NCBI GenBank assembly: GCA_010909165.1
Contig: MU008164.1
Span: 1,302,001 to 1,366,000 of the forward strand
From: Anthoceros angustus
Lineage: Eukaryota; Plantae; Anthocerotophyta
DNA length: 64,000 bases
Direction of reading: 5' to 3'
In this document: positions 63,571 through 64,000 of the stretch, piece by piece
How the letters are laid out: every line of letters starts with the position of its first letter
How positions within the stretch are numbered: position 1 is the first letter of the stretch
Made by a program: the position numbers and the translations under genes
Notes under the pieces: generated by a model
What the model saw: only the letters and a program-made list of their open reading frames with translations
What the model was told of the DNA's origin: nothing
The model's database searches: none

Positions 63571-63589
63571 CGTGGCCATGGAAGCCACT

Positions 63590-64000
63590 AGGAACGCCAG
63601 AGCTACCTTCTCAGCGTGCCCACCACAAAGTACATCTTCCTCTTCCTTCTCACCCCGTGGCGTCAACACCAACTTCGTGGGAGGTACGTGGCCCCCTTCC
63701 TGCTTCAGACGTGCACTCGTGCTCTCTACCTTAAGCGCAATATCCTCTCTTCTTCCACCCACTAGAAATCGATGTGCCTGCTTTCTCACCTCATAGTTGC
63801 CACTGCAGGTTTCTTGTTAACTCCTGCTACCCTTCTTCTTGTTTCATCAATCCTGTCCACATCGGTCCACCTACCTGCATCTGCGTAGGCATTGGCAATG
63901 AGAACATATGAGGGCGCCTCGTGGGGGTCCAGCCTAACAAAGCTTTCGAAACACCAGATTTCCCCCTCTCTATCCCCGTGACATTCGCAGGCATTCAACA
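63590..64000 (-). pseudogene. truncated E-DYW:KP PPR paralog (continues beyond window)
   Basis: NACECHGD..WCFESFVRLDP..KKPAVAT / HRFLVGGRREDIALKVESTSARLKQEGGHVP..LCGHAEKVALAF, closely related to 43030-43430; frameshift near 63790; lacks CxxC and GRP. Confidence 0.85.

Overview
Eukaryotic, plant nuclear DNA with short (~90-190 bp) GT-AG introns. It is most likely a hornwort (Anthoceros-like) or another seed-free plant, inferred from the PPR-DYW protein ending in 'GRP'. Layout: (1) 1-~24000 is a rearranged tandem array of an unidentified ~8.2-kb repeat with internal duplications and a GC-rich minisatellite; many indels suggest decay or poor long-read consensus. (2) 24-46 kb is gene-dense: PPR pseudogene, SAM-methyltransferase-like gene, TET10-like tetraspanin, intronless MCTP (FTIP/QUIRKY family), sphingosine kinase, a PLS-PPR/DYW:KP(GRP) editing factor with an N-terminal OSB-type PDF motif, and a secreted Gly/His-rich protein. 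(3) 46-64 kb is an accessory region with copia and hAT remnants, a purF/ASE fragment and a second truncated DYW:KP gene. The headline is a minus-strand gene (59376->51823) that can be spliced with five canonical, phase-consistent introns into a ~2302-aa protein: three RI-like LRR modules + TORNADO1-type Roc GTPase-COR + an animal-type caspase domain (DRAG..D, AHG, KPKVFVINACRG, SFR..GTNFI, QCPE..STL). True Asp-specific caspases are generally held to be absent from plants, so this looks like a candidate single-chain sensor-switch-protease. All homology calls are from motif recognition; no searches were run.
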